64,000 nt of DNA from a virus, in the IMG/VR virus record IMGVR_UViG_3300008267_000013, positions 1 through 64,000 of that record. One strand, given 5' to 3'. Shown here one piece after another: positions 30,870-41,403 of this stretch (position 1 is its first letter; each line of letters begins with the position of its first letter). Below the pieces are notes generated by a model, which had not been told where the DNA came from, did not search any database, and saw nothing but the letters and a program-made list of their open reading frames with translations. The position numbers were made by a program, and so were the translations under genes.

Positions 30870-31136
30870 ATGAAACTTGTCATCAAAAATAGATTAAATG
30901 AAAATATAACTCCACAAATGTTAGATAGTAGTAGTTTTAGAACTGCAATTACGAATAGTTTAAAACATATGAATAACAGCCAGGATGTTAAACAAACAGG
31001 TTTAAACATTTTAGATAGTGAGGGAAGACCAACTATTAAGGGATATTATTTGTTTAGAGATGGCGATAATTTTTCAGTTTATCACCTCAGCGATCCTTCA
31101 AAAAAGTTTCCAATACAAATAAGCGATTATATATAG
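30870..31136 (+). CDS. Hypothetical late protein
   Basis: ACTATTTA at 30842, GAGG RBS. Confidence 0.5.
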   Translation: MKLVIKNRLNENITPQMLDSSSFRTAITNSLKHMNNSQDVKQTGLNILDSEGRPTIKGYYLFRDGDNFSVYHLSDPSKKFPIQISDYI

Positions 31137-31144
31137 GATAGTTA

Positions 31145-31483
31145 ATGTTAGAAACTAGACCATGGGGTTATTTCGTTGTTCTGGAGGATAGAGAAACCCA
31201 CAAGCTTAAAAGAATAGTAGTCAATCCATCTGGTGCATTAAGCTATCAATCGCACAGCAAAAGGATGGAAGTTTGGACAATTATAAGCGGAGAGGGTACT
31301 TTTATATTAGATGGCATACCACAAATAGTTACAGCTGGTATGATCTGTAGGATTCCAAGAGGTTCTAAGCATAGAATGATAAACAAATCTGATGTTCCCT
31401 TGGAATTCATAGAAGTTCAACTTGGTGAATATTTTGGGGAAGATGATATCGTAAGATATCAGGACGAATATAATAGAGTATAA
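31145..31483 (+). CDS. Mannose-6-phosphate isomerase type II (cupin) domain protein
   Basis: RPWG, LSYQSH.KR.EVW, KHR, FIEVQLGEYFGEDDIVR. Confidence 0.88.
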   Translation: MLETRPWGYFVVLEDRETHKLKRIVVNPSGALSYQSHSKRMEVWTIISGEGTFILDGIPQIVTAGMICRIPRGSKHRMINKSDVPLEFIEVQLGEYFGEDDIVRYQDEYNRV

Positions 31484-31495
31484 CTATTTATAAAC

Positions 31496-31831
31496 ATGAA
31501 ACTAAAAATAAAAGAAAAAATTAAAGAAATCGATAATGAACAAGAAGAAGATGATCTAAAATCTCATCGTTTCGACAAACAACATTTAAAATCTGAGGCA
31601 ACTCGTCTAGATCGCATGATGCATGATTTAGCTGTACCGCTTCAAGAAAAAGTACCACTACAAATAGCTCAAGAGTATTTCTCTGTTTATGGTTCTGAGG
31701 GTGAGCGAATGAAAATAGCTGACCTTGTAGATAAAGAAGGTTTAGTTCGTATCGCTGATATATTTGTAATGGCTAAAATTCAAGATAATGTTGATTTAAG
31801 TTGGCACTTAGATAAATACAACAAGGAATAA
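31496..31831 (+). CDS. Hypothetical late protein
   Basis: ACTATTTA 5 nt before ATG; acidic leader. Confidence 0.5.
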   Translation: MKLKIKEKIKEIDNEQEEDDLKSHRFDKQHLKSEATRLDRMMHDLAVPLQEKVPLQIAQEYFSVYGSEGERMKIADLVDKEGLVRIADIFVMAKIQDNVDLSWHLDKYNKE

Positions 31832-31836
31832 ATAAT

Positions 31837-32190
31837 ATGAAGATGACAAAAAAAGATCTAAAAGCAATTATCATGGAAGAATTACAAAACATGCAAGAGC
31901 AACAAGACGGTTTTGAAATGGAAATTGACATGGGAGTTCTATTCCAAGGCAATATGGTTAGAGTTACAGTCTCTGAATCAGAGACTTCACGCGATAGAAT
32001 AGTTATAAAAAAAATAAATGGTGAAGATGCTAAACAATTTGTAGAAGCAGTTGTACAAGAAGTACCTTTTGAAGTAGAAATGAGCAAACTCAGCAGAGAT
32101 GAGCAAAATGCCTTAGCTACAGCAATGGAAAAAGAGAAAAAGGGCGAATGGTCAGACTGGGCAGCAGATCAAGCCGCTAATAGAAGATAG
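31837..32190 (+). CDS. Hypothetical protein with MKMTKKDLKAIIMEE leader
   Basis: Shared leader motif. Confidence 0.55.
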   Translation: MKMTKKDLKAIIMEELQNMQEQQDGFEMEIDMGVLFQGNMVRVTVSESETSRDRIVIKKINGEDAKQFVEAVVQEVPFEVEMSKLSRDEQNALATAMEKEKKGEWSDWAADQAANRR

Positions 32191-32723
32191 TTCGCTAGAC
32201 AAGCGCCACTTCGTGTGATATAGTTTCTTTAGCCTAATGGATAGGCAACAGGAGCAAATCATGAAGTGGCGCTTTAATCATTCTGACCTCTCAGTTAATC
32301 CAGAAACATCAAAAATTGAATCTACAACAGCTGTAAGGATTGAAAGTGGTGGCGTTGAAATGACGCTATATGTATCCGATGTGCCAGAAGAGCATATTGT
32401 TGGAACACGTAAGGCTCTAGTGGATTCCGGTAATTTATTGCGACGTATTGGTCTTGAAATGCTCAGAAAAGCAGAGAAGATCAACTAATGTCCACAAAAT
32501 TACAATTAAATGTCGCCTATCATAACAAAGGCGAACCATATCCACAACATGACTTCTCACATCTAAAAAATATAGACATAACAAAACTGTCTAAACATCC
32601 TTGTTATTCTAACGGGGATATCGTAGAGAAACTAGAATCTCAATATAATAAGAATTCTAAGTTGACAAAGGGTGAGTATTTCTATTATACTATCTTTGTA
32701 GAACATGATTTCGGGAGGAATTC

Positions 32724-33128
32724 ATGCGAATAGTAGCTGCAAGTGGATATTTTAATCCATTACATGTCGGACACGTAGAATATCTTGAAAAAGCTAAAGG
32801 CTTAGGAGATAAGCTTATTGTTATTGTTAATAATGATTTTCAAGTTAAGCTGAAGGGTTCTAAAGATTTTATGAGTGAACAGGAACGGTTAACGATTATT
32901 CGTTCACTAAGATGTGTTGATATGGCTATTCTAGCTGTTGACACAGATCCATCTGTCTGTAAATCTCTAGAGATCATCCGTCCTCATGTATTTGCCAAAG
33001 GTGGCGATAGATTCACGTACGAAATCCCAGAATCAAAGATCTGTAGGGAACTAGGAATTGCTATTGTTGACGGTCTAGGAAATAAAATTCAAAGCTCATC
33101 ATGGCTATTAAGCCGGAAGGATGGATAA
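32724..33128 (+). CDS. Cytidylyltransferase-family (HxGH) nucleotidyltransferase
   Basis: SGYFNPLHVGH, VIVNND, ER, AKGGD, SSS. Confidence 0.88.
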   Translation: MRIVAASGYFNPLHVGHVEYLEKAKGLGDKLIVIVNNDFQVKLKGSKDFMSEQERLTIIRSLRCVDMAILAVDTDPSVCKSLEIIRPHVFAKGGDRFTYEIPESKICRELGIAIVDGLGNKIQSSSWLLSRKDG

Positions 33129-33587
33129 ATGTCAGATGTAATACTGCAATGGAAGAAACTATCAGCAAGTGCAAAGGGTCCGCAAAAGGCGCATGGTGAA
33201 GATGCAGCTTGGGATTTGTTTGCGGACTGTTTCAATAGTCCTTCGAATACTGGCTACATTTCAATTCAACCAGGGGAAACAAAAATTGTGCCAACTGGTC
33301 TGGCTATTATGCCGGAACAGGGTTGGTCTTGCGATATTCGTGGCCGCAGTGGAATGAATAGCAAGGGTAAATTTGCTATTCTTGGACTCGTTGATTCTTA
33401 TTATACCGGTCCTTGGGGCATTGTAATACACAATGGTACAGATAAAGAAGTAACAATCCAACATCACGATAAGATCGCCCAGTTTACAGTGCAGCGTGTA
33501 TACGACACACGGCTTGTAGAAGTTGAAGACTTTGATGTAAGTGGCGACAAGCGCGGTTCTCATGGGTTCGGATCAACAGGTGGCTAA
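33129..33587 (+). CDS. dut: dUTPase
   Basis: AAWDL, GRSG, GLVDSYYTG, KIAQ, RGSHGFGSTG. Confidence 0.93.
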   Translation: MSDVILQWKKLSASAKGPQKAHGEDAAWDLFADCFNSPSNTGYISIQPGETKIVPTGLAIMPEQGWSCDIRGRSGMNSKGKFAILGLVDSYYTGPWGIVIHNGTDKEVTIQHHDKIAQFTVQRVYDTRLVEVEDFDVSGDKRGSHGFGSTGG

Positions 33588-33988
33588 TGGGTGCTGTCAA
33601 AAATAGAAGGAATAGGCACGCTAAAAAGCGAGCAGAGCAGCGTTACAATGTATTACTTAATCGTGAAGATCGTAGGGTTATAGCAGCTAAAATTCGTGAT
33701 AATAACTCTATTTTTATTGGCAGGACCACAAGTACAAAATCTATTCATCTAGTAAAATACAAAGATGAAGAGTATATAGCAGTATACAGTTCTTCTACCA
33801 ACTGTCTTGTTACGTTTTTACCAAAAGATTGTAGAATCTACAAGCAATACTTAGAATCTAAGGCGGCACAAAATGAATCGAAAACAACGCCGACAGCTGA
33901 AAAAGCTAGCAGGCGAAAAAGCAACATCGACAATAGATTTGATGTTGAATATGCCGAGCGAATGCTCAGTCTGCCAGAATCCATATGA
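33587..33988 (+). CDS. Hypothetical protein
   Basis: HAKKRAEQRY...LVTFLP; overlaps 33873 ORF. Confidence 0.5.
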   Translation: MGAVKNRRNRHAKKRAEQRYNVLLNREDRRVIAAKIRDNNSIFIGRTTSTKSIHLVKYKDEEYIAVYSSSTNCLVTFLPKDCRIYKQYLESKAAQNESKTTPTAEKASRRKSNIDNRFDVEYAERMLSLPESI

Positions 33989-34094
33989 TAAAACTAATCG
34001 AGAAATGGCAATGACATGGTTTGTTGAAGTCTATAACAGTCAAAAAATAGTTAAATTAACCTGCCCAGAATGCCACAATAAAAACAATGGATGA
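33873..34094 (+). CDS. Small Zn-ribbon protein
   Basis: MNRKQRR start, CSVC...CPEC. Confidence 0.55.
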   Translation: MNRKQRRQLKKLAGEKATSTIDLMLNMPSECSVCQNPYDKTNREMAMTWFVEVYNSQKIVKLTCPECHNKNNG

Positions 34095-34407
34095 ATACGG
34101 TACATCAAAAAAGAAATATGTATTCCATGACCATGACCATCTCCATGCGAAGTTGGTTGTTAAACTTATGGAAGATGGTATAAAGCAGGGCATTCTCTTT
34201 AGAGAGTTTTTAAAGGCTTATTCAGAGGATAACCCTGATATACGTAAGTGGGTTGAAAATAATCCAAATATGAAAATTAGCAATCGTTCGATGGCTAAAA
34301 GAAAGATGCAACAACGAAAGCTTGAGTTGATAAATAAAAAGTTTAACCTTGATCAAAAAGAGGTTGATGAAATATTTGACATCCTAGCGGATGAATTTGG
34401 TGATTAA
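34087..34407 (+). CDS. Hypothetical protein
   Basis: Coupled ORF. Confidence 0.55.
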   Translation: MDEYGTSKKKYVFHDHDHLHAKLVVKLMEDGIKQGILFREFLKAYSEDNPDIRKWVENNPNMKISNRSMAKRKMQQRKLELINKKFNLDQKEVDEIFDILADEFGD

Positions 34408-34655
34408 TGGACTATTTAGGATGTACGGATCAATGTCGAAAAGATAAATGCCCATGCAGCAGAGAAGCGTGCCGGCATTGGATGGATTACAAAGAAGATT
34501 TAAATTGTAGTGTTATAGCGGCTGAAGATCATGGACCTATGACACTTGAGGAAGTCAGTAAAAGAATTGGTTTAACTCTTGTACGCGTTAAACAAATTGA
34601 AGATGCGGCAATGAATAAGATGAAAAAAAGAATTTTGCCAATACTTCATGAATAA
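34407..34655 (+). CDS. Sigma70 region-4 HTH protein with Cys-rich N-terminus
   Basis: PMTLEEVSKRIGLTLVRVKQIEDAAMNKMK. Confidence 0.75.
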   Translation: MDYLGCTDQCRKDKCPCSREACRHWMDYKEDLNCSVIAAEDHGPMTLEEVSKRIGLTLVRVKQIEDAAMNKMKKRILPILHE

Positions 34656-34737
34656 TTTTTTACTTTTGAGGTAGTAGATACTATTTATTATGTATTTTGC
34701 CAATTTTTGGATATTATAAATCCCTAGGAGATAAATA

Positions 34738-35496
34738 ATGGCTGATAAGAAATTACTAGAAGAGGCAACTATTCGCAGATTCATGAAACTAGCGAATATT
34801 GCTCCAACTGAGAAAGGCGTACTAACTGAAGGTACCATGAAAGTTAAACTATCCGGTCAAGAACCAGCTGGTGGCCGTGCTGCGTTCCCAATGGCTAGCC
34901 AAGGTGTACGTGGTCCAGTACGCGAAGAAGCTGAAGAGGAAATGAAAAAAGAAGGTTGGATGAAAGAAGCCGACGAAGAAGAAGCCGCTCCAGAAGCTGA
35001 TGCAGCTGATATGGGCGACATGGCAGGCGACGATATGGGCGCCCCAGCGGAAGGGGGTGATCTAGAGTCTGCTGTTGCAAGCGTTGTTGATGCATTAAAT
35101 GGTCTACTAGCTGCTGCGGGTATGGAAGATAAAGAAGTAGAACTAGACTCTGGATCAGAAGAAGGTGGCGAAGAAGCTGCTGGTATGGAAGATGAAATGG
35201 CTGCTCCAATGGCCGAAGCCAAAGAAGAAGAAGAAAAAGAAGGTAAAAAAGAAGAAGAGGAAGAAGAACTAGAAGAAAGCATTGAACTAGTTGACGACAC
35301 TCTTATCGAGAAACTTGTACAACGCGTATCAGCTCGTCTAGTTGCTGAAGCTCGCAAACAAAAAGATGCTAAACTAGCCGAAGCTAAAAAAGGCGGCGCT
35401 GGTAACTGGCTAGCCAAGCCAAAACACTCCAAGCCACCAAAAGCCAAAGGTAACCCAACCAAAGGTGGCACTCCATTCAAGGGTGGAAAGAAATAG
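34738..35496 (+). CDS. Highly acidic late protein (scaffold/prohead core-like)
   Basis: ACTATTTA at 34680, AGGAG RBS, Glu-rich, RRFMKLANI, terminator at about 35515-35549. Confidence 0.5.
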   Translation: MADKKLLEEATIRRFMKLANIAPTEKGVLTEGTMKVKLSGQEPAGGRAAFPMASQGVRGPVREEAEEEMKKEGWMKEADEEEAAPEADAADMGDMAGDDMGAPAEGGDLESAVASVVDALNGLLAAAGMEDKEVELDSGSEEGGEEAAGMEDEMAAPMAEAKEEEEKEGKKEEEEEELEESIELVDDTLIEKLVQRVSARLVAEARKQKDAKLAEAKKGGAGNWLAKPKHSKPPKAKGNPTKGGTPFKGGKK

Positions 35497-36717
35497 TATT
35501 AAGCGGTAAATATTAAAAAGAGCGGCTGGGTGACCGGTCGCTCTTTTTGTTTGTTCTTTACAAGATATTTTGTAAGTGTTAAGATGTATCGGAGGTGAAA
35601 AAATGGTAGATGCTTTTATGTTTTTTGTACTTGGTGTTGTAACGATGAGAGTGTTGCAATTCCTGTTGGGTATAGTTCCAAATTATTATATATTTAAACA
35701 AGCTGAGTACTCAGCGTTTAGAATACTGGCTGATGTTCATTTACAAAAATTAACTGTTATGAAGATAATTGAGGCTTGTTATTTTGATACAGGCAGGGGA
35801 GATGAATTTTTAGCTATACAAAATGAAGTAAATAAACGCTACAATGATATAATTAGTAAGTGTATAGAACGTATCAAGACTTCACTACCATACAAAACTA
35901 CTTATAATAATCTACAAGAAGCAATAGAAACTCTGATAGAGGAGAAAAGAAATGAACATCAAAGATGAGGCAATGCTGGAAACAATTAGAAAAATGATCG
36001 TAGAAGCAAAGAAGGAAATGGGTAATAAGAAAATCCTAACAGAAGGTAAAACGGCAAAGGAAGTATTTAATCAACACGACAAGAATCTTAAAGAATATAT
36101 TCTTGAGAATGTTTTAAAGACCCTATCAGAAACACAAAAGTAATGACCGTAAAAGATCCTAAAAAAATCATTAGAAATCTTTTCGATAAATATGCCACCA
36201 AAGAAGAAAATGTGGTGTATGCAGAAAAACTATTTATTATAAATACAGTTATAAATTATTTATTTAAAGATAAACATTATACTTCCATAGACAAGGTAAA
36301 ATTAGTTGAATATGGTGAAATTATTAATAAATATTTAAAGGATGAAGTTGACATCTACTGGAAAGATGATACACTAATGGTTGAGGATGTTGAGGGTGTT
36401 AGAAAACCTAGCGGGGTATAAAATGAGGCCAACTGCTTGGAAGCTTTATGAATCTAATGATTGTGTTACCTACAGGATTCAATTTGATGAAGTACCTTGG
36501 AAGTTCAAGAAAGCATTGCATGAAGCTATGAAAGATTGGAAATCTGGTCCATATGGTTGGCATAAAACAACTGGTAACCAACTATATACGTTTAGTAAAG
36601 AATTTAAGAATCTGGAAGACTGGACGCAATGGGCCGAATCATTCCCTATCCAGATAACCGAGAAGCGTGTGTGGGGCGACCGGGAAAAAATCATTCTACA
36701 CGGAAAGAAGACAAAAA

Positions 36718-37386
36718 ATGGCTAGAATCACAAAGAAGAGCAAGATCTCAGGTGAACAAGAAATTGCTGTTGAAGAGGATGAATCCGGAAACCTAATTAT
36801 TATGCAGCCACCAGCTGCTCCAGAGGTTAAGTTTCGTAAAATTGGTTTAATTGGCGATGTTGACGAAGAGAAAAGCGCGGACATTATTCAGTCTCTATAT
36901 GCACTCAAAGAAATGGGTAGAATCGAAATCCCTCCTGCTACTAAGCGAAGCAAGCCAAAGATCTCCTATGATCCAATCGATTTTATCATCTCGACTCACG
37001 GTGGAAGTGCTAGTGATATGTTTGCGATGTACGATGTGATGCGTGATGTACGCTCAGATGGCTGCGAAATCCACACTTTTGGTGTTGGTAAGGTTATGAG
37101 TGCAGGTGTGTTGCTTCTAGCTGCTGGAACAAAAGGTGAGCGTAAAATTGGTAAGCATTGCCGTGTTATGATGCACTCAGTTATTGGTGGTAACAGCGGC
37201 CCAATCTTTAATCTTGAGAACGAGATGAAAGAAGTACGCGCAACTCAAGAACGTTATATTCAAGCTCTTAAATCAGAAACAAAAATGTCCATTAAACAGA
37301 TTAATAATTTCTTTAATCGCCATGTTGATATCTATTTATCGGCTGAAGAAGCAGTTAAATTAGGAATTGCTGACATTGTAGTTTAA
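36718..37386 (+). CDS. clpP: ClpP-family protease
   Basis: STHGGS, VMSAG (catalytic Ser), AAGTKGER, MMH, YLSAEEAVKLGIAD. Confidence 0.88.
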   Translation: MARITKKSKISGEQEIAVEEDESGNLIIMQPPAAPEVKFRKIGLIGDVDEEKSADIIQSLYALKEMGRIEIPPATKRSKPKISYDPIDFIISTHGGSASDMFAMYDVMRDVRSDGCEIHTFGVGKVMSAGVLLLAAGTKGERKIGKHCRVMMHSVIGGNSGPIFNLENEMKEVRATQERYIQALKSETKMSIKQINNFFNRHVDIYLSAEEAVKLGIADIVV

Positions 37387-37400
37387 GGAAGAACATTTAA

Positions 37401-39461
37401 ATGATAAAGAAGAAAGATATAGACCTAGGCTCTATTGTTAAGCAGAGTATCTTAGAATCCAAGAAAGATCTTGGAATTATAGCAGAACAAGAGAATTCCA
37501 AAACAAATAAGAAAAAATTTGTTTACAGGGAGTTTGATCCAATAAGAGACATAAAACTAGTTGACATGAACCCCGGTGCTTGGAGTCTTGCTGGAAATCC
37601 TGATGCTAATGATATTGATGCGGTTTTACAGAATTTAGTAGAAGCCGGCGAAGACCCAATACAGAAAATCAAAAGTTTATTTAAAAATTTAAATGAATTG
37701 ATGAAAGTTACCAAAACATCAGCAGGTTTAACAATAAGTAAAAGCGCTAGAGAATTTTCGTCACAGCAAGAAAAATTTTCTCATGCACAAATCATGAGAT
37801 TACTGTACACAATGTTTGTTGAAAGTAAACCAGGTGTTACAGGAACATGGTTTGAATCTTTTATAGCTAGAGCAGTTGGAGGTTACTCCACAAACAGAGA
37901 CGATATAACCATAGAAGATGTGAGAGTTGGTAATAACTTCCTAAGTTTGAAAGTTATCTCATCAGGAACTGATATAACTGGTTCCAAGTTCAATTTAGCA
38001 AGAGGTATATTATCTGCCGAAGAAGCTGGTGGCGCTGATTCGGGAATCATATATTTAGTGTGCGTAAAAGATACAAATAGTTTTCCTATGTATTTTGAAA
38101 CATTTTCATTTAAAATAAATAAAAATAACTTTTTCAAGTTTGTTTGCAGAAAACCAAACCCAACCGCAGATGAAATAAAAGCGCAAGCAGAGAGTATTCT
38201 TGGCCGTTTTATAGACGCTTTACCAGATAACTTAAAAACTAATCCTAACTTTAAAAAAACACTATCCGAGAATCTAATATTAGAAGGAAGACCAGTAACA
38301 TCAATAAAAATAAAACAATTAACTGCCGCAGCAGAAAATTATGCTACTGATAAGCTTGGTTGGAATAAGCAAGCAGGTGATTTGATTTCACACTTTTTCA
38401 CAAAATATTTTGAAGATTTAGTTGAAAATGTTTATAGTGTTTCTTTAAATATTAAAATAGGTGATAAAAGTCTTTACGAAGCATTAAGCGGCACTAAAGA
38501 AACTAAGGCATTATTTCCAGGATTCAATGAATTAAAAAAATTAATGAATCCAAATGATAAACCACAACAATCGTTTATAAATGACGTTCTTTATTCTAAA
38601 ATAATGCAAGGCTATTATAATCTCTCTGATAATCACAATGTGTGGTCGTTCGCGGAAACTATTGAGCCAGATAAAAATATTAGAAATCTAGCTGTAAGAG
38701 TAAATAATAGAGAAGTATTATCACCTGAAGAATATAAAATAATTGATGATCACTTAAAAAATAATAGTAGTAAATATGTAAACGCTTGGAAAACATTTGT
38801 AGAAAATGAAAAGGTTGTTAGTTTCTTTAAATTTCTTGATGAGTTTGCTTATTATGCACAAAAAGCACAAAAAGAAGCATCATCCAGCGCCAACCCAGAA
38901 CAACCTGCTTTAGCTCAACCAGAAATCCCTAGTCAGCCGCAGACAGGACTTCAAAACAAAACTTCATCGTATATTGATCTATTCTTTAAGTACGTTAAGA
39001 CAAACTCTGAAACATTCAAAATATTAAGTCAATCAGAAAATAGTAAGCAATTAGAGGAATCTAAAAAAGATACCGGCTCAAGATTCGAAATGTCTATCAG
39101 TTTAGCTAAAACTTTAGCTAATACTTCCGAGGCTGAACTTGATGATGCGTATGATACTGTGTACGTTGATACAAAATTTTTATTGAAAGAAGGAACACAA
39201 CTAGAAAATGAATTAAAAAATGATATATTTATGAAATTGTTTAAAGATAAACACGACTTAGAACAAAGATATTTACAATATTTCGCCTATGGAGAACTTG
39301 AGGGTGCTAAATTATTAACTAGTGTTGTTGATGATTTAAAGAAAGATTCTACAGATTTCTTACAGGGATTAGCTAATAAACAGCCCGTACAAGAAAATAA
39401 AAACAATAAACACTTGACAAAACAATGGGCAATGGATATATTCAATAAGTTGATCAAATAG
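37401..39461 (+). CDS. Large hypothetical protein
   Basis: 686 aa; FESFIA...IEDV...SLK loosely nuclease-like. Confidence 0.55.
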   Translation: MIKKKDIDLGSIVKQSILESKKDLGIIAEQENSKTNKKKFVYREFDPIRDIKLVDMNPGAWSLAGNPDANDIDAVLQNLVEAGEDPIQKIKSLFKNLNELMKVTKTSAGLTISKSAREFSSQQEKFSHAQIMRLLYTMFVESKPGVTGTWFESFIARAVGGYSTNRDDITIEDVRVGNNFLSLKVISSGTDITGSKFNLARGILSAEEAGGADSGIIYLVCVKDTNSFPMYFETFSFKINKNNFFKFVCRKPNPTADEIKAQAESILGRFIDALPDNLKTNPNFKKTLSENLILEGRPVTSIKIKQLTAAAENYATDKLGWNKQAGDLISHFFTKYFEDLVENVYSVSLNIKIGDKSLYEALSGTKETKALFPGFNELKKLMNPNDKPQQSFINDVLYSKIMQGYYNLSDNHNVWSFAETIEPDKNIRNLAVRVNNREVLSPEEYKIIDDHLKNNSSKYVNAWKTFVENEKVVSFFKFLDEFAYYAQKAQKEASSSANPEQPALAQPEIPSQPQTGLQNKTSSYIDLFFKYVKTNSETFKILSQSENSKQLEESKKDTGSRFEMSISLAKTLANTSEAELDDAYDTVYVDTKFLLKEGTQLENELKNDIFMKLFKDKHDLEQRYLQYFAYGELEGAKLLTSVVDDLKKDSTDFLQGLANKQPVQENKNNKHLTKQWAMDIFNKLIK

Positions 39462-39469
39462 GAGGAACC

Positions 39470-41035
39470 GTGAAGGTTTACAACAAAGAATCAGATTTAA
39501 ATCAAAAAATTGTATCAGGTGTTAAAAAGTTAGCCGAAGCTGTTGGAACAACATTGGGGCCAAAAGGCCGTAATGTTATAATTCAACAAAAAGGTAAGAC
39601 GCCATTCATAACAAAAGATGGAATTTCAGTCGCTTCTCATATTGAATTTGAAGATCCGTTTGAGAACGCTGGCGCTCAAGTTTTAAAGCAAGTATCGCAG
39701 AGGACAGTAGAGGATTGTGGTGATGGTACGACAACATCAACAATTCTTGCAGCTGCTGTATTAACTAAATCGCAGAAGTACATAACTGCTGGTTCTTCCC
39801 CGACAGATATTCGTCGCGGTATGGAGAAGGCTGTTGAAGGCATTGTTGCTAATTTAAAGGATCTTGCAAAGCCAATCTCAAGTGTAGAAGATATTGAACA
39901 TATAGCGACAATATCAGCAAACGGTGATAAAAAAATTGGTAAACTAATTGCGACAGCTGTTGATAAAGCAGGTGTCGATGGAGCCATTTCTATCGAAGAA
40001 GGCCGCGCTCTAGAAACAAAATTAGATATCGTAGAAGGATTTCAGTTTGACGCTGGTTACGCCTCTCCGCAATTTATTACCGATGAACGCAAGGGTTCTG
40101 TAAGATATGAAAACGCTCTTGTTCTCGTAACAGACCAAGATATGGAACATATTGATGATATGATCCCTGTTCTAGAGATTGCAGCACGTGATAAGCGCCC
40201 ACTTGTTATTGTTGCCGAATCTGTTGAAGGACAGGCTCTTGCAGCTCTTATCATGAACGCAGTACGTGGTACAATGCGTGTTATGGCTATTAAAGCCCCA
40301 CGATATGGTCAAGAACGCAAGAATCTATTAAAAGATCTCTCAATATCAGTTGGAGCTAAGTTTATTTCCAAAGAACACGGCATGTTGCTAAGAGATGTCA
40401 AATTGGTAGATCTAGGCTCAGTTAAGAGCGTAGAATCATTAAAGAATTGGTCAACATTTGTTGGCGGAAAGGGTGATCATGAAGAAATTGAAAAGCGCAT
40501 TGAATCACTTAAAAATGAAATTACTCAAACCGATGACCTATCTGAATGTAGCCGCATCCAGGATCGTATCACAAGACTCGCAGCAGGCGTGGCTATTATA
40601 TCTGTTGGGGGAGTTACAGAAGTAGATATGATTGAGCGTAAACACCGTATCGAAGATGCGTTATCCGCAGTTAAGAGCGCTCAAGAGGAGGGAATATTAC
40701 CTGGTGGTGGCGTAGCTCTGCTGCGTGCAATAGCAGGATTAAATGTTACAGGTGACAATCAAGATGAAGAATTTGGTATACAAATCATCAAAGACGCATG
40801 TGAAGCTCCTATCCGTAAGATAGCCGAAAACTGTAATGAAAAAGCGGATGTCATCATCAATAATTTAACTGGTCGCGATACTTGGATTGGTTATGATTTT
40901 AAAGATGGAATATATGTAAATTTCCAAACGGTTGGAGTGCTCGATCCTGCAAAAGTAACACGCTGCGCTCTTCAAAATGCTGTGTCAGCAGCCTCAACTT
41001 TATTGACAACAAATTACGCCATTATTGAAGTCTGA
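39470..41035 (+). CDS. groEL: Chaperonin GroEL
   Basis: TLGPKGRNV, ITKDG, GDGTTT, GILPGGG, LDPAKV; AGGAGG RBS. Confidence 0.96.
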   Translation: MKVYNKESDLNQKIVSGVKKLAEAVGTTLGPKGRNVIIQQKGKTPFITKDGISVASHIEFEDPFENAGAQVLKQVSQRTVEDCGDGTTTSTILAAAVLTKSQKYITAGSSPTDIRRGMEKAVEGIVANLKDLAKPISSVEDIEHIATISANGDKKIGKLIATAVDKAGVDGAISIEEGRALETKLDIVEGFQFDAGYASPQFITDERKGSVRYENALVLVTDQDMEHIDDMIPVLEIAARDKRPLVIVAESVEGQALAALIMNAVRGTMRVMAIKAPRYGQERKNLLKDLSISVGAKFISKEHGMLLRDVKLVDLGSVKSVESLKNWSTFVGGKGDHEEIEKRIESLKNEITQTDDLSECSRIQDRITRLAAGVAIISVGGVTEVDMIERKHRIEDALSAVKSAQEEGILPGGGVALLRAIAGLNVTGDNQDEEFGIQIIKDACEAPIRKIAENCNEKADVIINNLTGRDTWIGYDFKDGIYVNFQTVGVLDPAKVTRCALQNAVSAASTLLTTNYAIIEV

Positions 41036-41082
41036 TAACTATTTATTAGAGGCGGTATTTTTCATGAAAGGGGGGTAGCGAA

Positions 41083-41403
41083 ATGGACCAACAAAATAGC
41101 TTTAGAGATATAGAAGAAGTGATGATCGAAATTAAGATTGGAACTGAGAGAATAACCAGCAAATTAGAGCAGTTAGGCGATACCATCTCTAAGCTTGAGA
41201 GTTCCATTTCACGTATAGATAGTGCTATCTCCTCTCAAGAAAGAAGACTAATTGTTTTAGAGCAATCTGTTCCTAGAAATTTATTGGAAGACCTAGCACT
41301 TCTGAAGAATTCACAAGCTAATCAAACAAAGCTTATGTGGCTTATAGGTGGTGCTGCTGTTTCTGGTTGGTTAAAAACAATCTTTACCTTGATAACTCAG
41401 TAA
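41083..41403 (+). CDS. Coiled-coil protein with C-terminal TM helix (XhlA/holin-like)
   Basis: Heptad repeats, LMWLIGGAAVSGWL; ACTATTTA at 41038. Confidence 0.45.
   Translation: MDQQNSFRDIEEVMIEIKIGTERITSKLEQLGDTISKLESSISRIDSAISSQERRLIVLEQSVPRNLLEDLALLKNSQANQTKLMWLIGGAAVSGWLKTIFTLITQ

Noticed and set aside
34857-35480. 207-aa Ser-rich - strand ORF
   Set aside because: Mirror of the Glu-rich + strand gene
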